Assembly (NCBI GenBank): GCA_963664195.1
Contig: OY760907.1
Span: 1,472,001 to 1,536,000, forward strand
Source of the DNA: an uncultured candidate division Zixibacteria bacterium
GTDB taxonomy: Bacteria > Zixibacteria > MSB-5A5 > GN15 > FEB-12
Length of the DNA stretch: 64,000 bases
Reading direction: 5' to 3'
Shown here: positions 1-10,038 of the stretch, in pieces
How the letters are laid out: every line of letters begins with the position of its first letter
Numbering within the stretch: the stretch's first letter is position 1
Translations under genes and position numbers: made by a program
Notes under the pieces: generated by a model
Databases searched by the model: none
What the model saw: only the letters and a program-made list of their open reading frames with translations
Told to the model about the DNA's origin: nothing

Positions 1-466
1 TGATAGCCGACAGACCGTAGACCTGGTCGAGCTTTGTGTCAGCGTGCAGAAGCACCTGTTTGAGAAATATGCGGGGGAGGAAATCATCTGGCTGGGAGGC
101 GTCGAGACGCCCTCGATCAGCATCGAAGGGTATCCCAGATCGCTCAGGCAGGTGATCCTGAATCTACTTATCAACGGCGTTGAATCCTGTCGAGAGGCGG
201 GGAAACCGATCGAAGTCGGCCTCAACCTGATTGACAGTGAGAAGTCTATTACGCTAATTGCATTGGATCACGGCGGTGGAATTGAATCCAAAGAGCTCAA
301 GAAGGTGTTCACGCCGTTCTACACGACCCGTCAGAGCGGATCCGGGCTGGGGCTGTATCTCTCCCGGAAAATCGTGATGCAAATGAATGGCAGGATGAAT
401 ATCAAATCCGAGCCGGATCTCATGACCGAAGTAATAATTTCTCTTCCGAAAGAACCAAAGGCGTAG
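1..466 (+). CDS. Sensor histidine kinase, C-terminal HATPase_c part (5' truncated by window edge)
   Basis: N box (LRQVILNLLING), G1 (DHGGG), F box (FTPFYTT), G2 (GSGLGL); directly upstream of a sigma54 response regulator. Confidence 0.9.
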   Translation, partial: DSRQTVDLVELCVSVQKHLFEKYAGEEIIWLGGVETPSISIEGYPRSLRQVILNLLINGVESCREAGKPIEVGLNLIDSEKSITLIALDHGGGIESKELKKVFTPFYTTRQSGSGLGLYLSRKIVMQMNGRMNIKSEPDLMTEVIISLPKEPKA

Positions 467-468
467 AT

Positions 469-1794
469 ATGGCCCGTATTCTCGTTGTTGATGATGAACC
501 GAAAATGACCTCGCTGGTCTGCGGCACTCTTGAGGATGAAGGGCATCGGGTGATGACGACCACCGATTCCAACGAGGCGCTTCGGTTGATTGAAAAGCAC
601 GCCTATGATATCGTAATCACCGATCTGTCGATGCCACAGGTGTCTGGGATGCAAATCCTCGAGTCGGCGCTGGCCAAGGGTGGTGCCGAGGTGATCATGA
701 TGACTGCCTACGGTACCGCGCAGACAGCAGTCGAAGCGATGAAAAAGGGAGCGGCGGACTATCTGATCAAACCGTTTGCTCTGGATGAATTGGTGATTCT
801 CGTCAAGAAGCTGACTGAAAAGCAGCGCCTGATCTCGCTGGCTGAGCATTTCCAGCAGGAAGCCCGCAGCGCAGGATCGACCGAGTTCATCGGATCTTCG
901 CCAGCCGCTCTCAAGGTTCGAAGGATGATCGAGAAGGTGGCCGGGACCGATGCTACGGTGCTTCTCACCGGACGGTCCGGCACCGGCAAGGAGTTAGCGG
1001 CGCGGATGATCCACGACCTCTCCCCTCGTTCCTCGAAGCCGTTTATCGCAGTCAACGCGGCCGCCCTGACCGAGACGCTGCTGGAGTCGGAGTTGTTCGG
1101 TCATGAGAAGGGTTCGTTCACAGGAGCAGTAGCGCAAAAGCGGGGTAGATTCGAACTCGCTGAAAAGGGGACTATCTTCCTGGATGAAATCGGCGAGATG
1201 CCGCTTTCGATGCAAACCAAGCTACTGAGGGTGCTCGAGGAACGTCAACTGGTAAGAGTTGGCGGAGTTGATACGATTGATATCGATGTCCGAGTGGTGG
1301 TGGCGACCAACCGTAACCTGAAAGAAGAAATCAAGACCGGGAAGTTCCGTGAGGATTTGTATTTCCGGCTGAACGTCTTTCCAGTCGAGCTGCCGTCGCT
1401 GGCTGAGCGAGGGGATGATGTTCTCTCTCTGGCGGAGTATTTTCTCAAGTCGCAGCAGTTTCCGCATTGGGAGCTTGGCCGGCCGGTACGCGAGCTGTTT
1501 CTGGCCTATGACTGGCCGGGGAATGTCCGCGAACTGAAGAACGTCCTTGAGCGCGGAGTGATCCTTTCTGGCGGCGAACCGCTGACAACTGATGATTTTT
1601 CTATCGAAGTAGACAACGAGCCGCTTGGTTCGGGTGGGGCTTCAGCCTCTGCCGAAGGGGGACTGGAGACGGCCGAAAAGAGTATGATTCTTTCTGCGCT
1701 GGAGAAAGCCGGCGGCAACAAGACCGAGGCGGCCCGTCTGTTGAAAATCACCCGTCGCCGTCTGTACAGCAGAATGAAAGTCCACGGCCTTTGA
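469..1794 (+). CDS. NtrC-family sigma54-dependent response regulator (REC-AAA+-Fis HTH)
   Basis: REC (ILVVDDE...DLSMP), Walker [15 protein letters not shown] loop, [15 protein letters not shown]-terminal HTH. Confidence 0.95.
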   Translation: MARILVVDDEPKMTSLVCGTLEDEGHRVMTTTDSNEALRLIEKHAYDIVITDLSMPQVSGMQILESALAKGGAEVIMMTAYGTAQTAVEAMKKGAADYLIKPFALDELVILVKKLTEKQRLISLAEHFQQEARSAGSTEFIGSSPAALKVRRMIEKVAGTDATVLLTGRSGTGKELAARMIHDLSPRSSKPFIAVNAAALTETLLESELFGHEKGSFTGAVAQKRGRFELAEKGTIFLDEIGEMPLSMQTKLLRVLEERQLVRVGGVDTIDIDVRVVVATNRNLKEEIKTGKFREDLYFRLNVFPVELPSLAERGDDVLSLAEYFLKSQQFPHWELGRPVRELFLAYDWPGNVRELKNVLERGVILSGGEPLTTDDFSIEVDNEPLGSGGASASAEGGLETAEKSMILSALEKAGGNKTEAARLLKITRRRLYSRMKVHGL

Positions 1795-1816
1795 GCGACA
1801 AGGATTTGGCTGTTGT

Positions 1817-1864
1817 CGTGCTCCCATATCAATCGGGAGCACGCGTGGGAGCACGCGGAGCACG
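1817..1864. repeat. GGAGCACG motif cluster (one inverted and three direct copies); candidate enhancer or terminator
   Basis: cgtgctccc 1817-1825; gggagcacg 1835-1843 and 1847-1855; ggagcacg 1857-1864. Confidence 0.6.
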
Positions 1865-2027
1865 AGTTTTTTGGGCTGTCGTGGGGAGGTTCAACAGTCG
1901 GCAAATCGGAACAAATCGGGCGAATTGGGACACCAAAGCGTACCGATGGGTACAGCGGTAAGGCTGTGCGGATGCGGTTGTCTTTGTAAGGCGCGTTGCA
2001 GTAATCACTTACACAATCGACCGGGGG

Positions 2028-2043
2028 CGGCACGAGGTTTGTA
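2028..2043 (+). promoter_or_regulatory. Candidate sigma54 -24/-12 promoter
   Basis: CGGCACGAGGTTTGTA versus consensus TGGCACGnnnnTTGCW; correct spacing, TTGT instead of TTGC; 30 nt before ATG 2074. Confidence 0.5.
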
Positions 2044-2073
2044 TATGTTGTCGGGAGTGATGGAGCGAATACG

Positions 2074-3114
2074 ATGAAAACGAACATTCTGAAATATATG
2101 GTCCTCGCGTCGCTGATCTTGACGGCCTGTTCGAGTCTGATGGCTCAAGGGCACAATGACGGCCAGCAAGTCCGTCGGGAACTTGAGCGGACAGATGACT
2201 ATATTGTGAGGGCGCAGGAGGCGGTGCGCGCCTCCAATAATCCGTTGGCAGCCAAAACGCTCTCTCAGGCTCAAACCAAGCAGAAGAATGCCTGGAGCCA
2301 GTTTGGGCAGCAACGCCTGGTAATGGCGCTGAAGTTCACTCGTGACGCGCGGTCTCTGGCTGCGAATGCCTACTCACAGAGCCGAAATACTGAGCAAATA
2401 GAGGGCGTGGTGCTTCGCAAGCTGGAGCGTGCCCGTGACGTCGTCGATCGGGCGCGAGAAGCGGTATCCGGTCAGCAGCAGGCCGGACACCGGGCAATCA
2501 TGAGGACTGCCGAGGATAATCTGACGCGTGCCTGGGAGTTTTTTCGAGATCACCGGTACACTGCCGCTCTCAGACTGGCTGACCAGGTGGAGAAAGCGGC
2601 TCAGCGAGTTGGGCAACAGGCTGAGACGCAGGGTCGCGAGGATACACTGTACCGGCGTCGGTGGGAAGCCGTTGATCGGCGTGTACAGCAGGCGCGTGAG
2701 GCAGTTAGTGACTGCGAACTGGGATCGGCCCGGGAGCACCTGGAGCACGCGGTGGAAGCGATGGGTCTGGCCGAAGATCTCAATAGAGACGGTCGTCCGG
2801 CTGCCTCTCTCCAAGCGCTGAAACGCGCCCGGAACAGTGCAACCAGAGCCATAAGTGAGTGTCAGGGGCTGGATCCGCTCTGGTCACGACACCAGAAACT
2901 GACAGATCAGGCCGATAGATTGGCCGAAAAGCTCGAGAGTCTGGGCGGCCCCGGGGGCGAGGCCGCGCAGACTCTCATCAATAAGGCCGCCAGGCAGTTG
3001 GATCTGGCCGGAAACCGACTGAAAGAGGAAAAACTGGAGCAGGCCATCACCGCCCTTCAGGCAGCACAGCTTGCGCTTCGACAGGCCGAGCGTTACATTA
3101 CCAGCGGTTCTTAA
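2074..3114 (+). CDS. Exported alpha-helical repeat protein of unknown function
   Basis: N-terminal signal peptide (possible lipobox LTAC); repeated Ala/Arg/Gln-rich helical units. Confidence 0.75.
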   Translation: MKTNILKYMVLASLILTACSSLMAQGHNDGQQVRRELERTDDYIVRAQEAVRASNNPLAAKTLSQAQTKQKNAWSQFGQQRLVMALKFTRDARSLAANAYSQSRNTEQIEGVVLRKLERARDVVDRAREAVSGQQQAGHRAIMRTAEDNLTRAWEFFRDHRYTAALRLADQVEKAAQRVGQQAETQGREDTLYRRRWEAVDRRVQQAREAVSDCELGSAREHLEHAVEAMGLAEDLNRDGRPAASLQALKRARNSATRAISECQGLDPLWSRHQKLTDQADRLAEKLESLGGPGGEAAQTLINKAARQLDLAGNRLKEEKLEQAITALQAAQLALRQAERYITSGS

Positions 3115-3132
3115 CTTAACCGGGAGCTTCGG

Positions 3133-4407
3133 TTGCGTCGATTTCCACTCGCCCTGCTGATAATCCTGCCGGTTGTCCTGGGTACGTGCGTGTCCTCGTT
3201 TGCCGGCAAGCTAAGCTATTCTGCCGGTGTTGGTTACGAGTATCTCTCCCAGGAGTTCTTTGAGGATTCCCTCGGCCTGTCCGGGGTTGACTCACTGGCT
3301 ACCATTACCCGGGTCAAAACCACCTATTTAGATGACTTCAGAGGGGAGTTTGCCGTACGATACAGCCCTTTTCAGGACGATCGCGTGGAATTGGGTGCAT
3401 CGTATGAGCAGACTCCGGATTTCCTGCGGATCAAGGTAACTTCGCGGTATCGCCAGCCCCGGGGGGGCACCACCGTGTTTCAGTGGGATGGTGAACTGGT
3501 GGCCAAGGAGGCCTACAGTGGTGATACCGATGCCTCGGACAGCTATGTGGACGGGTACGGCAAGGCAAAACTAGTGCTCCCTCTTGCTGAGAACACGCGT
3601 TTGTGGGGGCAGGTCCGGACGGAGTTCATCCGTTTCGACTCTACCACGTCATTCAGTTTCAACCATTACCGCGCCGAGGGCAAAGCCGGTGTCACACAAT
3701 ACCTTGGCGGTCTCTCAGTGCTCGATGTTGACCTGTTTTACCAGCTTCGCGGAGTGCCTGATTCCAGTGATCTGGATTACGATGCCTTTGGTGCCGAACT
3801 GGCCTGGTTCGGGCTGTACGAGAGGGGTGATGTTGATCTGTTTACTCGATTGGAATCAAGAGGTTACGAGAAGCAAGGCGGAGTAGATGACTATCTTCGT
3901 ATGGAGGTCGACCTTCGCCATCGAATCCGGTTTGGACACAGTCTGGTAGCGCGGCAGGAGTTTGATCTGGAGGTGCTGTCGTTTGATAACCCTGACTTGT
4001 TGAACAGCAACTACACGCGGGTTGGCCTGGACCTGCTGGGCGGCTGGGAGCGGGATGCTGTCAGCGTGGCTCTCGGGCCGCATATTGAACTCTTGGACGA
4101 GAAACTGAGCGAGTCTACGAGCTCAGAGGAGTATGTCGAAACCGGCCTCAAAACGGAGCTGGATTATTACGGGTCGACCAGTCTGTTTCTATCTCTGGAG
4201 TCGGTATTCGGATACCGGAATCTTCAGTACGTGGACGACCTGTCGAGCGACTTCGTTTTTGAGCGAATCGACCTGGTGGCGGATTGGGAAATAGTGAACA
4301 TGCTCCATGCCAATCTATTGTTGTCGGCCCAGTGGGAATGGCATGACGCCGATATCGATGACAACCAAATCCTGCTTTTTTCGAGTGGATTGAGTTACGG
4401 ATTTTAG
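3133..4407 (+). CDS. Putative outer-membrane beta-barrel protein
   Basis: Signal peptide, alternating beta-strand pattern, C-terminal GLSYGF. Confidence 0.7.
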   Translation: MRRFPLALLIILPVVLGTCVSSFAGKLSYSAGVGYEYLSQEFFEDSLGLSGVDSLATITRVKTTYLDDFRGEFAVRYSPFQDDRVELGASYEQTPDFLRIKVTSRYRQPRGGTTVFQWDGELVAKEAYSGDTDASDSYVDGYGKAKLVLPLAENTRLWGQVRTEFIRFDSTTSFSFNHYRAEGKAGVTQYLGGLSVLDVDLFYQLRGVPDSSDLDYDAFGAELAWFGLYERGDVDLFTRLESRGYEKQGGVDDYLRMEVDLRHRIRFGHSLVARQEFDLEVLSFDNPDLLNSNYTRVGLDLLGGWERDAVSVALGPHIELLDEKLSESTSSEEYVETGLKTELDYYGSTSLFLSLESVFGYRNLQYVDDLSSDFVFERIDLVADWEIVNMLHANLLLSAQWEWHDADIDDNQILLFSSGLSYGF

Positions 4408-4492
4408 TCTGATCGCTTGTTTCTGATCTTCCTCTTCTTGTTACTACAAGTCATAGTATGACGTCAGATCTCAGATCTTCTACACAAATGTC

Positions 4493-4521
4493 TTGACAAA
4501 ATCGGGCTAACGGGTTATAAT
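4493..4521 (+). promoter_or_regulatory. Consensus sigma70 promoter
   Basis: TTGACA (4493-4498), 17-nt spacer, TATAAT (4516-4521). Confidence 0.85.
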
Positions 4522-4911
4522 GCAAGCGTCTAGGGAAATAGTTGTGTAGAATGCGCTTCTGTTTTGAGTCCCAAGCACCTTAGTAACCGTAAGTATCGCT
4601 TGCAGTTACCTTAGCTCAAACCAAGTTCTTAGGTTGTTTCAAAAGATAGAAAACCTTAGGGTTGAAATATGCCTCACGGGTTTCATCCTTTTCGTTTATT
4701 TCCAAAATCCAATTTCAAGTAGCGGTCTGTCGGACTTTGTTTGATGGACATCCTTGCTGCCCGCAGGGACAGTTTATTTGGAGTTGGCGGGAGCCGGTTC
4801 CCGACTCAAATGAGTGAAATCTGGTATCACGGGTACTTCGCGATCGATCAACAAATCGACGCAAAGGCCCAGAACCTAACTATTTGTATTGAGTACTACA
4901 AGGAGCATTAC

Positions 4912-7497
4912 ATGATGCAAAAAAGAACGCTTTATTCTTTGCTTCTGATCTCCTTTATAGTGGTATTTGCGGCATCGATGTCCGTGGCTCAGACAGTCAC
5001 GATCGAGTCCAAAAGTAATCTTCCCCGCTGTGCCGAGCAGGCGGTAGAGATTAACGCCGATGTTACCACCGATGTGGCTGCTGTTGAATTCGTTTTCGAG
5101 ATCAGCACTGCCTCGGGTTGTGGTTTCATTGAGAACCTGGAACTGACCTGGGAGCTGGCGGATGGCGTACTGTCCAACCGTACCGCTCTTGATCTGTCCC
5201 AGGCTGACGGCGTGGCTCCTGACACGATCCGTTTTGCTGCTATGCGCGTGGATGATGGCGACGGAGTTCTGGCAGCCGGAGCACAGCTCGTGGCTACCCT
5301 CGGATTCAAGACGGTTGACTGCTGCGAAGGAACCGCCAGCATTGACAACACGGTGTTTGACTATGTCAACGCCACCTGCGACATCACGACGCAGTTTGTC
5401 GACGCCGGTGACTTCTCAGTTATTTACCCGACTGTGGTTGCTTCTACCCTTGGTATGATCAACCAGAACCCGACAATTGAAGCCGTCGACGATGCTACCC
5501 TCGCTTGGAGTGAGACTTACACCACTACCCTGGTTGGCGACGATGCCGATCTGGCTAACGGTTGTGAAAGTCTGACATATTCCAAGGTGAGTGGCCCCAG
5601 TGCCTTGAGCGTCTTCCCCGATGGTTCTGTCTCCTGGCTGACCACCGGTGCCGACGTAGGCCCCCACGACGTAGAGGTTAAAGTCGCTGACGCTTGTGGT
5701 GGAGAGGCTCTGACCTCCTTCAACATTTGCGTGACCAATGAAGCCCCGACCATTGCCTGTCCTGATGATCAGTTGATGTGGTATGGTGAGACTTTGAACG
5801 TTCAGGCCGTAGGCACCGATGCGGACGCCGGTCCGCACCCGATGGTTTACTCCCTGAATTCCACGACCTTCCCGGCTGGTGTTGTTACTGTTAACGCCGC
5901 CACCGGTGAGATCGAAGTTGCTACCGATCTGATTGCCGAGCACACTGGTTTCTTCCAGATTTGTGTTGGTGTGACTGATAGCGCGAATGTCGACCCCGAG
6001 TGCTCCCCGGATAATTCCGACGAGTGCTGCTTCCAGGTCGAAGTCCGCTCGATGGCTGTGACCATTCAGAAGATCCACAAGCAGCTTCAGGGTCATGAAA
6101 CCACTGTGAGCATTGATATGCTTGGTGCCGATTTCAATAATTGGTCCCTTGGTGGTTACGATCTGCTTATCTCTTATGACCAGACTGCGCTGACTTTCAT
6201 GGGTGCTATCGAGGGTCAGTTCATGCTCGACTGCGGTTGGGAATACTTCACTTATCGTGAAGGTTACAACGGCAATTGTGGCAACGGCTGCCCGTCTGGC
6301 ATAGTCCGTTTGGTTGCCATGGCTGAACAGAACGATGGCCCGAACCATCCTGACTGCTTCAACAATGATGGCGATCCGACCGCTGCGACTCAGCTTGCTG
6401 AGCTTCGCTTCCTCGTGTCCAACGACCGTACTTTTGAATGCATGTTTGTCCCGGTCAGCTTCTTCTGGGTTGACTGTGGTGACAACTCGTTCTCCGATGT
6501 CGGTGGTGACACTCTTATGATCTCCCGCGATGTCTATGCTTACTACGGTGAGTACGATATGGTTGGAGAGGTCGAAGTCGATACGTATGTGCTGGTCGAT
6601 GAAGCTCCGGCCTTCCCGGGTCACTTCGGTGCCATGGAATGTGCTGACTACACGGCCAAGGGTGTGCCGATTCACGTTGTAGATTTCTACAACGGTGGTG
6701 TCGACATCATCTGCTCCGACGAAATCGACGCTCCTGGTGACATCAACCTCAACGGCATTGCTTACGAAATCGCCGATGCGGTCATGTTCACCAACTACTT
6801 TATCGAGGGCCTCAGTGCTTTTGAGCACGTTGAAGGTTCCATCGCTGCTTCCGACGTTAACAAAGACGGTGTGACCCTGTCAGTTTCTGACCTGGTTTAC
6901 ATGCTTCGTGTCGTCGTCGGCGATGCCGTTCCGTACGAAGGTAAAGTCAACTCCGTGGTCAGCGCCTATTCCTACCAGGATGACGTGCTGAGCATGGGTA
7001 CTGAACTTGGTGGTGCCTATCTGGTCTTCGAAGGTAATGTCGATGTCCAGTCGCTCCAGCCTGAAAGTGTTGCAAAAATGCGCATCGGTCAGGTCGACGG
7101 CAACACCCACGTTCTGGTTCTCTCCGAAGACGTCACTGTTGGCTTCTCCGGTAATATCGTTGAGGCTCACGGTAACCTCCTGAGCTACGAATTCGCCACC
7201 GTCGCCGGTGACCCGATCGTAGCCAAGTATGTTCCGAAGAACTTCAAGGTTAACCAGAACTACCCGAACCCGTTCAACCCGACTACCACTATCGCTTTTG
7301 ATCTGCCGAAGACCTCTGCGTGGACCGTAGGTGTGTACAACATCGCCGGTCAGCTCGTTGAGACTTTCTCCGGTCAGGACGAAGCTGGTCAGATCAAGGT
7401 TGTCTGGGATGCCTCCGACTTGGCTTCTGGTGTCTACTTCTACAAAGTAGTTGCCGGTTCCAGCACCAAGACTATGAAGGCTGTCCTCCTGAAGTAG
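4912..7497 (+). CDS. Secreted surface protein: cohesin-like, Ig/cadherin-like, cohesin-like, dockerin-like domains and T9SS-type C-terminal sorting domain
   Basis: RBS AGGAG at 4901 then ATG 4912; signal peptide; LGGYDLLISYDQTALTF (cohesin-like); GDINLNG...SDVNKDG duplicated Ca-binding loops; QNYPNPFNPTT...LASGVYFY...KAVLLK tail. Confidence 0.85.
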   Translation: MMQKRTLYSLLLISFIVVFAASMSVAQTVTIESKSNLPRCAEQAVEINADVTTDVAAVEFVFEISTASGCGFIENLELTWELADGVLSNRTALDLSQADGVAPDTIRFAAMRVDDGDGVLAAGAQLVATLGFKTVDCCEGTASIDNTVFDYVNATCDITTQFVDAGDFSVIYPTVVASTLGMINQNPTIEAVDDATLAWSETYTTTLVGDDADLANGCESLTYSKVSGPSALSVFPDGSVSWLTTGADVGPHDVEVKVADACGGEALTSFNICVTNEAPTIACPDDQLMWYGETLNVQAVGTDADAGPHPMVYSLNSTTFPAGVVTVNAATGEIEVATDLIAEHTGFFQICVGVTDSANVDPECSPDNSDECCFQVEVRSMAVTIQKIHKQLQGHETTVSIDMLGADFNNWSLGGYDLLISYDQTALTFMGAIEGQFMLDCGWEYFTYREGYNGNCGNGCPSGIVRLVAMAEQNDGPNHPDCFNNDGDPTAATQLAELRFLVSNDRTFECMFVPVSFFWVDCGDNSFSDVGGDTLMISRDVYAYYGEYDMVGEVEVDTYVLVDEAPAFPGHFGAMECADYTAKGVPIHVVDFYNGGVDIICSDEIDAPGDINLNGIAYEIADAVMFTNYFIEGLSAFEHVEGSIAASDVNKDGVTLSVSDLVYMLRVVVGDAVPYEGKVNSVVSAYSYQDDVLSMGTELGGAYLVFEGNVDVQSLQPESVAKMRIGQVDGNTHVLVLSEDVTVGFSGNIVEAHGNLLSYEFATVAGDPIVAKYVPKNFKVNQNYPNPFNPTTTIAFDLPKTSAWTVGVYNIAGQLVETFSGQDEAGQIKVVWDASDLASGVYFYKVVAGSSTKTMKAVLLK

Positions 7498-7528
7498 GTT
7501 CGCTTATTTCTAGGTAGATTTCGATACG

Positions 7529-7557
7529 AAAAAGCCCGCCTTTTTGGCGGGCTTTTT
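7529..7557. terminator. Bidirectional intrinsic terminator
   Basis: aaaaagcccgcc-ttttt-ggcgggcttttt between convergent genes. Confidence 0.85.
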
Positions 7558-7591
7558 CTATTGGAGTAATCGTCAGTCAGGGGAGAGGAGG

Positions 7592-8368
7592 CTATCCGCG
7601 CATATTGGGAGATGGCCCGACGGTGTCGTCGAGCTGATCAACCAGGTCGGCCAGATTGAACGGTCTTTGCACGAAACCGTCGACATTCAGCGTGTCGCGC
7701 AGGTTGTTGAGCTCATCAGGCGAGTAGCTTGAGCTGACAGCCAGCATGGGGAGGCCGGGATGCAACCGGCGAATCCGGTTGGCCGCGACAGCCCCTTTGG
7801 AAGTGGATTTCTCCACGCCGGTGATTACTATGTCGAAGCGGCCGTTCTCCAGCTCTTCCAGAGCCTGATCGCTGTCCGCGACGGCGAACGGGAGGTAATG
7901 GCTGGCGTTGAGCGTATCGGTCAGTTTTCTCCTCAGCCCCGGCTCATGAATTGTCAGGAGCACTTTGCGGGACTGGAACCGATTAGGGTTTCCGCGGCGT
8001 CCTGCTATCGCCTTTTCGATCAGATCTTCCAATCGAGAGATTCGGAACGGTTTGGAAAGGTAGCCGTCGGGTGAAGCCTCCATAATCATGTTTTCGGTGG
8101 CGGCCCCGGAAATGAACAGCACCGGCATAGCCGGATAATATCTTCTCACTCGTTTGAGGAGCGTGATACCGTCCATTTTCGGCATCCTGATGTCGGTTAT
8201 CATCAGGTCGAAACTGTCTCCGGCATCCCCCTGGAGAAGGTCCAGCGCTGCGATGCCATCTTCGGCTGAGACGGACTGGTAGCCCAGGGCCGTCAGGGTG
8301 TCGACGAGGATACGCAGCAGGGTGGGGTCATCATCAACGATGAGGATCTTACCCTTGTAGTCGGTCAT
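7592..8368 (-). CDS. Response regulator with two receiver domains (second degenerate)
   Basis: ILIVDDD...TDIRMPKMDG...KPF; second REC-like domain lacks the acidic residues. Confidence 0.85.
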   Translation of the reverse strand: MTDYKGKILIVDDDPTLLRILVDTLTALGYQSVSAEDGIAALDLLQGDAGDSFDLMITDIRMPKMDGITLLKRVRRYYPAMPVLFISGAATENMIMEASPDGYLSKPFRISRLEDLIEKAIAGRRGNPNRFQSRKVLLTIHEPGLRRKLTDTLNASHYLPFAVADSDQALEELENGRFDIVITGVEKSTSKGAVAANRIRRLHPGLPMLAVSSSYSPDELNNLRDTLNVDGFVQRPFNLADLVDQLDDTVGPSPNMRG

Positions 8369-8371
8369 TCA

Positions 8372-9715
8372 TTACCCCCTTACGATTTTGAGAATCTTTG
8401 CCTTTTCTTCCTCCAGTATTTCCCTGTTGTTGGCTTCAATGTTGAGCCGTAAGAGCGGTTCGGTGTTTGAAGGCCGCAGGTTAAACCAGAAGTTGTCGAA
8501 TCCAATTGTAAGGCCATCGATTTCGTCAACCTGTCCTGTGCTGAAGAACTCTTTGACCTCTGCGATAGTATCTGCAATAGAGTCCACGCGGGAGTTAATC
8601 TCGCCGGAGCGGACGTACGGGTCGATTTCTTTAACCATCTCGTGTAGCGGTTTGTTCTCTTCCGAAATCAGTTCAAGGCAGACCAGGAAAGCGATCAATC
8701 CGGAATCGGCGAACCAGAAATCCCGGAAATAGAAGTGTCCCGAGTGCTCCCCGCCGAAAACGGCGTTGTACTTTTTCATCAGCGGCTTGATCAGAGCGTG
8801 GCCGACCCGAGTACGAATCGGCTTCCCACCGGCTTTTTCGACCAGTTCCGGGACCGCTTTGGAGCAGATCAGGTTGTAGAGGATCGTTTCGCCGGGGTGC
8901 TTTTTGAGCAATGATTTTGACACCAGCGCGGTGACCATATCGCCGCCGAGTTGTTTGCCGTCTTTGTCCATGAGGAACATGCGGTCGGCGTCGCCGTCGA
9001 ACGCTACTCCGAAATCAGCTCCTGTCTCGGCGATTTTCTTCTGCAAGTCGACCAGGTTCTCAAGTTCGATAGGAGAGGCCGGGTGATTCGGGAAGGAGCC
9101 GTCGAGTTCAAAAAACAGGGGCGTGACCTCGATCGGGAGCTTTTCAATGACAGGGGGGAGGGTGGCTCCTGCCATGCCGTTGCCAGCGTCGATGACGATC
9201 CTGAACGGTTTGACTTTGCTCTTGTCGATGAATGACAGGCAGTGCGTAGCATAGTCCTCGGCGATGTCCTTACGGACCGTGACGCCTTTGTTGGAGGCCT
9301 TGCTGAGGTAGCTGCCGTTCTGGATCGAATCGAGGATCGTATTCAGTCCCTGCTGCCCGGAAAGCGGCTCGGCGTTCTTGCGACAGATTTTGAAACCGTT
9401 GTATTGTGCCGGATTGTGCGAGGCGGTAATCATCACGCCGCCGTCGTAACCGTGCTTGCCGACCGCATAGTAGAGGCCGTCGGTTGATACCAGACCGAGA
9501 TCGACAACATCAACTCCGCTGTCGTTTATGCCTTTGATGAGGCCGTCGGCGAGTTCATCGGAGGAGACTCGCATATCGCGACCGACCGCAATTGAGTTTG
9601 GTTTGAGGTACTGGACCAGGGCGGCCCCGATTTGGTAGGCGATATCGCTGTTAACCTGCTCGGGAAACGTTCCGCGAACGTCGTAGGCTTTGAAGATTGA
9701 CGGATCGATTGCCAT
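8372..9715 (-). CDS. manB: Phosphomannomutase/phosphoglucomutase
   Basis: FKAYDVRG, TASHNP, DGDADR, GEHSGH, RPSNTEP motifs. Confidence 0.93.
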   Translation of the reverse strand: MAIDPSIFKAYDVRGTFPEQVNSDIAYQIGAALVQYLKPNSIAVGRDMRVSSDELADGLIKGINDSGVDVVDLGLVSTDGLYYAVGKHGYDGGVMITASHNPAQYNGFKICRKNAEPLSGQQGLNTILDSIQNGSYLSKASNKGVTVRKDIAEDYATHCLSFIDKSKVKPFRIVIDAGNGMAGATLPPVIEKLPIEVTPLFFELDGSFPNHPASPIELENLVDLQKKIAETGADFGVAFDGDADRMFLMDKDGKQLGGDMVTALVSKSLLKKHPGETILYNLICSKAVPELVEKAGGKPIRTRVGHALIKPLMKKYNAVFGGEHSGHFYFRDFWFADSGLIAFLVCLELISEENKPLHEMVKEIDPYVRSGEINSRVDSIADTIAEVKEFFSTGQVDEIDGLTIGFDNFWFNLRPSNTEPLLRLNIEANNREILEEEKAKILKIVRG

Positions 9716-10038
9716 TATACTGTTTGTTCCTATCTGCCGTATGTTACTCTAGCTCCCCCCTGACCGATTACCCTTTGAACACGTTAACAGACAAGAAGTT
9801 CGAAGTCAACAAGAACAGACGGCTGCGGGAGTTATCTGGTGCTACGTTGACGGATTTTGTCGTGTTTGAGTGGTCGGGGAAATTGTTCGGTTTTAGGGCA
9901 GGGGGGACTGTCCTCTCTTCGTCTGAAGACTACAATTGGTGTACAATCGCTTTTCCAACAGAATAGCTGAGGATCCTATATCGAAACCGCAGGCAGCTTG
10001 CTGCGCTGGGATTTCGACCTGTTATCCATGCTGCAATC

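Noticed and set aside
4831..4880. GACGCAAAG...CCTAA resembles part of a c-di-GMP-I (GEMM) riboswitch
   Set aside because: The upstream GGCAAA and GAAA-tetraloop stem are absent; the segment folds more simply as one imperfect hairpin.
4741..4911. N-terminal extension of the 918-aa ORF in the ORF track
   Set aside because: The RBS and signal peptide support the ATG at 4912.
5416..6828. Long antisense ORF (470 aa), and similar ones opposite tig, purA, the threonine dehydrogenase, kbl and fumC
   Set aside because: Shadow frames of codon-biased real genes; no protein motifs.
7529..7557. Near-identical hairpin at 7529 and 31036 as a mobile repeat
   Set aside because: Both are short GC stems with A/T flanks at gene ends, consistent with ordinary intrinsic terminators.
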